From the human T2T-CHM13v2.0 reference genome, Homo sapiens, in assembly GCF_009914755.1 (NCBI RefSeq), contig NC_060944.1: 64,000 nt of DNA; one strand, given 5' to 3'. Within the stretch, counting starts at the first letter, position 1. Each line of letters opens with the position of its first letter. Of this stretch, positions 57,186-64,000 are shown piece after piece. Position numbers and translations under genes: made by a program. The notes under the pieces are model-generated. The model was not told the origin of the DNA, searched no databases, and was given only the letters and a program-made list of their open reading frames with translations.

Positions 57186-58748
57186 TTTTTTTTTTTTTTT
57201 TCTCAGATTTTTTTTTTTTTTTTTTTATTGATCATTCTTGGGTGTTTCTCCCAGAGGGGGATTTGGCAGGGTCATAGGACAATAGTGGAGGGAAGGTCAG
57301 CAGATAAACAAGTGAACAAAGGTCTCTGGTTTTCCTAGGCAGAGGACCCTGCGGCCTTCCGCAGTGTTTGTGTCCCTGGGTACTTAAGATTAGGGAGTGG
57401 TGATGACTCTTAACGAGCATGCTGCCTTCAAGCATCTGTTTAACAAAGCACATCTCGCACCCTTAATCCATTTAACCCTGAGTGGACACAGCACATGTTT
57501 CAGAGAGCACAGGGTTGGGGATAAGGTCACAGATCAACAGGATCCCAAGGCAGAAGAATTTTTCTTAGTACAGAACAAAATGAAAAGTCTCCCATGTCTA
57601 CTTCCATCCACACAGACCCGGCAACCATCCGATTTCTCAATTTCTTCCCCACCCTTCCCGCCTTTCTATTCCACAAAACCGCCATTGTCATCATGGCCCA
57701 TCCCCAATGAGCCGCTGGGCACACCTCCCAGACGGGGTCGTGGCCGGGCAGAGGGGCTCCCCACTTCCCAGTAGGGGCGGCCGGGCAGAAGCGCCCCTCA
57801 CCTCCCGGATGGGGCGGCTGGCCGGGCGGGGGGCTGACCCCCCCACCACCCTCCCGGACGGGGCGGCTGGCCGGGCAGAGGGGCTCCTCACTTCCCAGTA
57901 GGGGCGGCCGGGCAGAGGAGCCCCTCACCTCCCAGACGGGGCGGCTGGCCGGGCGGGGGGCTGACCCCCCCCACCTCCCTCCCGGACGGGGTGGCTGCCG
58001 GGCGGAGACGCTCCTCACTTCCCAGACGCGGTGGCTGCCGGACGGAGGGGCTCCTCACTTCTCAGACGGGGCAGTTGCCAGGCAGAGGGTTTCCTCACTT
58101 CTCAGACGGGGCGGCCGGGCAGAGACGCTCCTCACCTCCCAGACAGGGTTGCGGCCCAGCAGAGGCGCTCCTCACATCCCAGACAGGGCGGCGGGGCAGA
58201 GGTGCTCCCCACATCTCAGACGATGGGCGGCCGGGCAGAGACGCTCCTCACTTCCTAGATGGGATGGCGGCGGGGAAGAGGCGCTCCTCACTTTCCAGAC
58301 GGGGTGGCGGCCGGGCAGAGGCTGCAATCTCGGCACTTTGGGAGGCCAAGGCAGGCGGCTGGGAGGTGGAGGTTGTAGCGAGCCGAGATCACGCCACTGC
58401 ACTCCAGCCTGGGCACCATTGAGCACTGAGTGAACGAGACTCCGTCTGCAATCCCGGCGCCTCGGGAGGCCGAGGTTGGCGGATCACTCGCGGTTAGGGG
58501 CTGGAGACCGGCCGGGCCAACACAGCAAAACCCCGTCTCCACCAAAAAAAAAAAAACGAAAACCAGTCAGGCGTGGCGGCGCGCGCCTGCAATTGCAGGC
58601 ACTCGGCAGGCTGAGGCAGGAGAATCAGGCGGGGAGGTTGCAGTGAGCCGAGATGGCAGCAGTACCGTCCAGCTTTGGCTCGGCATCAGAGGGAGACCAT
58701 GGAAGGAGACGGTGGAGAGAGGGAGAGGGAGAGGGAGAGGGAGAGGGC
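57186..58748 (-). mobile_element. Full-length SVA retrotransposon (SVA_E-like)
   Basis: (CCCTCT)n hexamer ~58715-58747, Alu-like region, GC-rich VNTR ~57720-58320, SINE-R ~57227-57715, poly-A; perfect 14-bp TSD gacactggattctt at 57172-57185 and 58749-58762. Subfamily from recalled diagnostics only. Confidence 0.96.
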
Positions 58749-60193
58749 GACACTGGATTCTTATCTCTCACCTTATACAAAAATCTACTCAAGATGGATT
58801 AAGGACTTAAACCTAAGACCTGAAACTGTAAAAATTCTAGAAGATAACATTGGAAAAACCCTTCTAGACATTGGCTTAGGCAAGGATTTCATGACCAAGA
58901 ACCCAAAAGCAAATGCAATAAAAACAAAGATAAATAGCTGGGACTTAATTAAACCAAAGAGCTTTTGCACAGCAAAAGGAGCAGTCAGCAGAGTAAACAG
59001 ACAACCCACAGAGTGGGAGAAAATCTTCACAATCTCTACATCTGACAAAGGACTAATATCCAGAATCTACAATGAACTCAAACAAATAAGCAAGAGAAAA
59101 CAATCACATCAAAAAGTAGACTAAGGACATGAATATACAGTTCTCAAAAGAAGATATACAAATGGCCAACAAACATATGAAAAAATGCTCAACATCACTA
59201 ATGATCAGGGAAATGCAAATCAAAACCATAATTCTATACCACCTTACTCCTGCAAGAATGGCCATAATAAAAAAAATCAAAAAACAGTAGATGTTGGCAT
59301 GAATGCAGCGATCAGGAAACACTTCTACACTGCTGGTGGGAATGTAAACTAGTACAGCTACTATGGAAAACAGTGTGGAGATTCCTTAAAGAGCTAAAAG
59401 TAGAACTACCATTTGATCCAGGAACCTCACTATTGGATATCTACCCAGAGGATGTTTATAACAGCAAAAATCACAATTGCAAAAATATGGAACCAACCCA
59501 AATGCCCATCAATCAGCAAGTAGATAAAGAAACTGTGGTATATACATATGTATGTGTGATTATATGCGTATATACATACCACATATATATATGATGGAAT
59601 ACCACTCAGCCATAAAAAGGAATGAATTAATGGCATTTGCAGCGACCTGGATGAGATTGGAGACTATTATTCTAAGTGAAGTCTAAGTGAAGTAACTCTG
59701 GCATGGAAAGCCAACCAAACGTTGTATGTTCTCACTGATATGTGGGAGCTAAGCTATGAAGATGCAAAGGCATAAGAATGATACAATGGACTTTGGGGAC
59801 GTGGGGGGAAAGGTGGAAGGGGGCAAGGGATTAAAAGACTGCAAATAGGGTGCAGTGTATACTGCTCAGGTGATGGGTGCACCAAAATCTCACAAATCAC
59901 CACTAAAGAACTTACTCATGTAACCGAACACCACTTGTACCCGAGTAACCTATGGAAAAAAATTAAGTTCAAGGTTAAAAAAAGTTATTGGTAAAATAAA
60001 AATAGAAATGTCTCAAAAATAAAATAAAATCAAGGTGTCCGCAGGGCTGAATTCTTTCTGGAGATTACCTTGATTTTCAGCTTTTAGAAGTTGTGTGCAT
60101 TCCCTGGCTTGTGGCTCTTTCAAAGCATAACATTCCAACTTCCGCTTCTGCCATCACATTTCCATCACATCTCATCATATTTTAAACATTTCT

Positions 60194-60337
60194 ATTTATT
60201 TATTTATTTATTTTAAAAATAGAGATGAGGTCTCACTATGTTGAGCAGGCTGGCTTCAAACTCCCAGCCTCAAGTAATTCTCCCACTTTGGCCTCCCAAA
60301 GGGTTGGGATTACAAGTGTGGGCCACTGCACCCAGCC
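60194..60337 (-). mobile_element. Alu left monomer (FLAM-like)
   Basis: (TTTA)n tail then single monomer ending gccactgcacccagcc. Confidence 0.8.
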
Positions 60338-60859
60338 TATCACTCAATCGCTCTCTCTCTTTTTTAATAACTCTATTATTCTTGCCTTCTTCTTATTAGG
60401 ACCCTTGTGAGTACAATGGGTGCACCCAGATAATGCAGAATTATCTCCCCATCTTCAGATGCTTACCTTAATCACACATGTAAAGTCCCTTTTGCCATAG
60501 GTAACATATTGACAGGTTCTGGGGATTAGGATGTGGACATATTTGTGGAGGGTGTCACTATTTAGCCTTCACACTGGGGTATAGAAGCTTCACTCAGTCA
60601 GAGCCACTTCAGTAGAATTGTGTACCTGATATTAAGAGAGGTTCTTAGCTAAACCCTGCTTGGAGCAAAGGAGTCAGGCTCAGGTAGAGTAATCTGCGAA
60701 CCAGAAACATAAGCATGATATGTGTTTATGGTGCTATAATAAGAATAACCTTGGAGCTGAAACTGGGACTGCCTCTTCATTAAATGCTCAGAGACCTGGA
60801 AAGCAGTGGCCTAACCATGAACAAAAATGCTGTTGTGAATATGTGCAATCTAAACACTC

Positions 60860-61513
<654 letters not shown>

Positions 61514-62074
61514 ATTAGTTAATTCTTAAAGATGTTGTTGTAAAGACAATGTGACTGTGGATGGCGATGCCTTCCAGGGTCAACACCGACTTCCCCACCT
61601 GCTTCTTTCCCTTGACATTCCCACAACTCTGCCGATGGTGGAGTTGATCCTCACCATCGGGGAGGATAATAATGAAAGGAAGGAGGAAGACTAATTCCCA
61701 GAGTTCAACTACAGTTCGCTCTTCATAACACAAAGACCATTTGCTGAAATAAAATCAAACTGCAGGACCTCAGCTTATCATTTGGGGGAGTTTGCCAGAC
61801 CATGCTTGAAGCCTCCTGTGAACTTTCCTGCTAGCTGATGTAGCGCTAACAGCTTAAATGATGAGGAAATCATCGAAGTGTTTGCTGTAGACTTGTGTCC
61901 CCTTTGGGGACCCAGACCTTTGATAAGCTTCCCTTCTTTATGTTTAGTCAAGTAATGGATAAAATCTTAAGATCAACACAGTTTCTTCAATCAATATTCT
62001 TACAACCAGCTATAATCTATCTAATCAAAATATGACCTGGTCTGTATGTTTCTATCTTCCCACGGGGCTCTCTT

Positions 62075-63928
<1,854 letters not shown>

Positions 63929-64000
63929 CCCACGGGGCTCTCTTGAGGGAAGATATCCAAAGTTTAACAGAACTCTAGAAAAGATAGAGCCTTGACATTC

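Noticed and set aside
57720-58320. CRISPR-like or novel GC-rich repeat array and its overlapping ORFs
   Set aside because: It is the standard SVA VNTR; ORFs are by-products of GC-rich repeats.
58675-59124. 149-aa SVA-L1 fusion protein
   Set aside because: Non-ATG start, antisense hexamer read as ER repeats running by chance into an L1PB1 ORF2 fragment; no promoter evidence.

Overview
Primate (most likely human) intergenic DNA that is overwhelmingly transposon-derived; I see no spliced protein-coding gene, RNA gene or prokaryotic system. Main content: a full-length decayed L1PA7-like element (5108-11590, -), a 5'-truncated L1PB (14427-20486, -), an old near-full-length L1MD (23452-29452, +), a young 5'-inverted (twin-primed) L1PA2/3 (45598-48577), a full-length L1PB1 (51522-60023, +) nested in an MLT1 LTR and itself carrying an AluY and a full-length SVA, ~15 Alus, MaLR/ERVL solo LTRs and DNA-transposon fossils (Charlie, MER3, MER5A, MER82). 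At the right end is a TSD-flanked UBE2D3 processed retrocopy whose 147-aa ORF is still open but whose catalytic Cys85 is Phe. The most notable unexplained structures are that catalytically dead E2 ORF, several L1-mediated 3' transductions/orphan insertions defined by displaced TSDs, two Alu stubs marking apparent insertion-associated deletions, and a 103-bp inverted duplication of a Charlie fragment. Repeat subfamily names come from recalled consensus features, not a database search; I found no convincing novel biological system.
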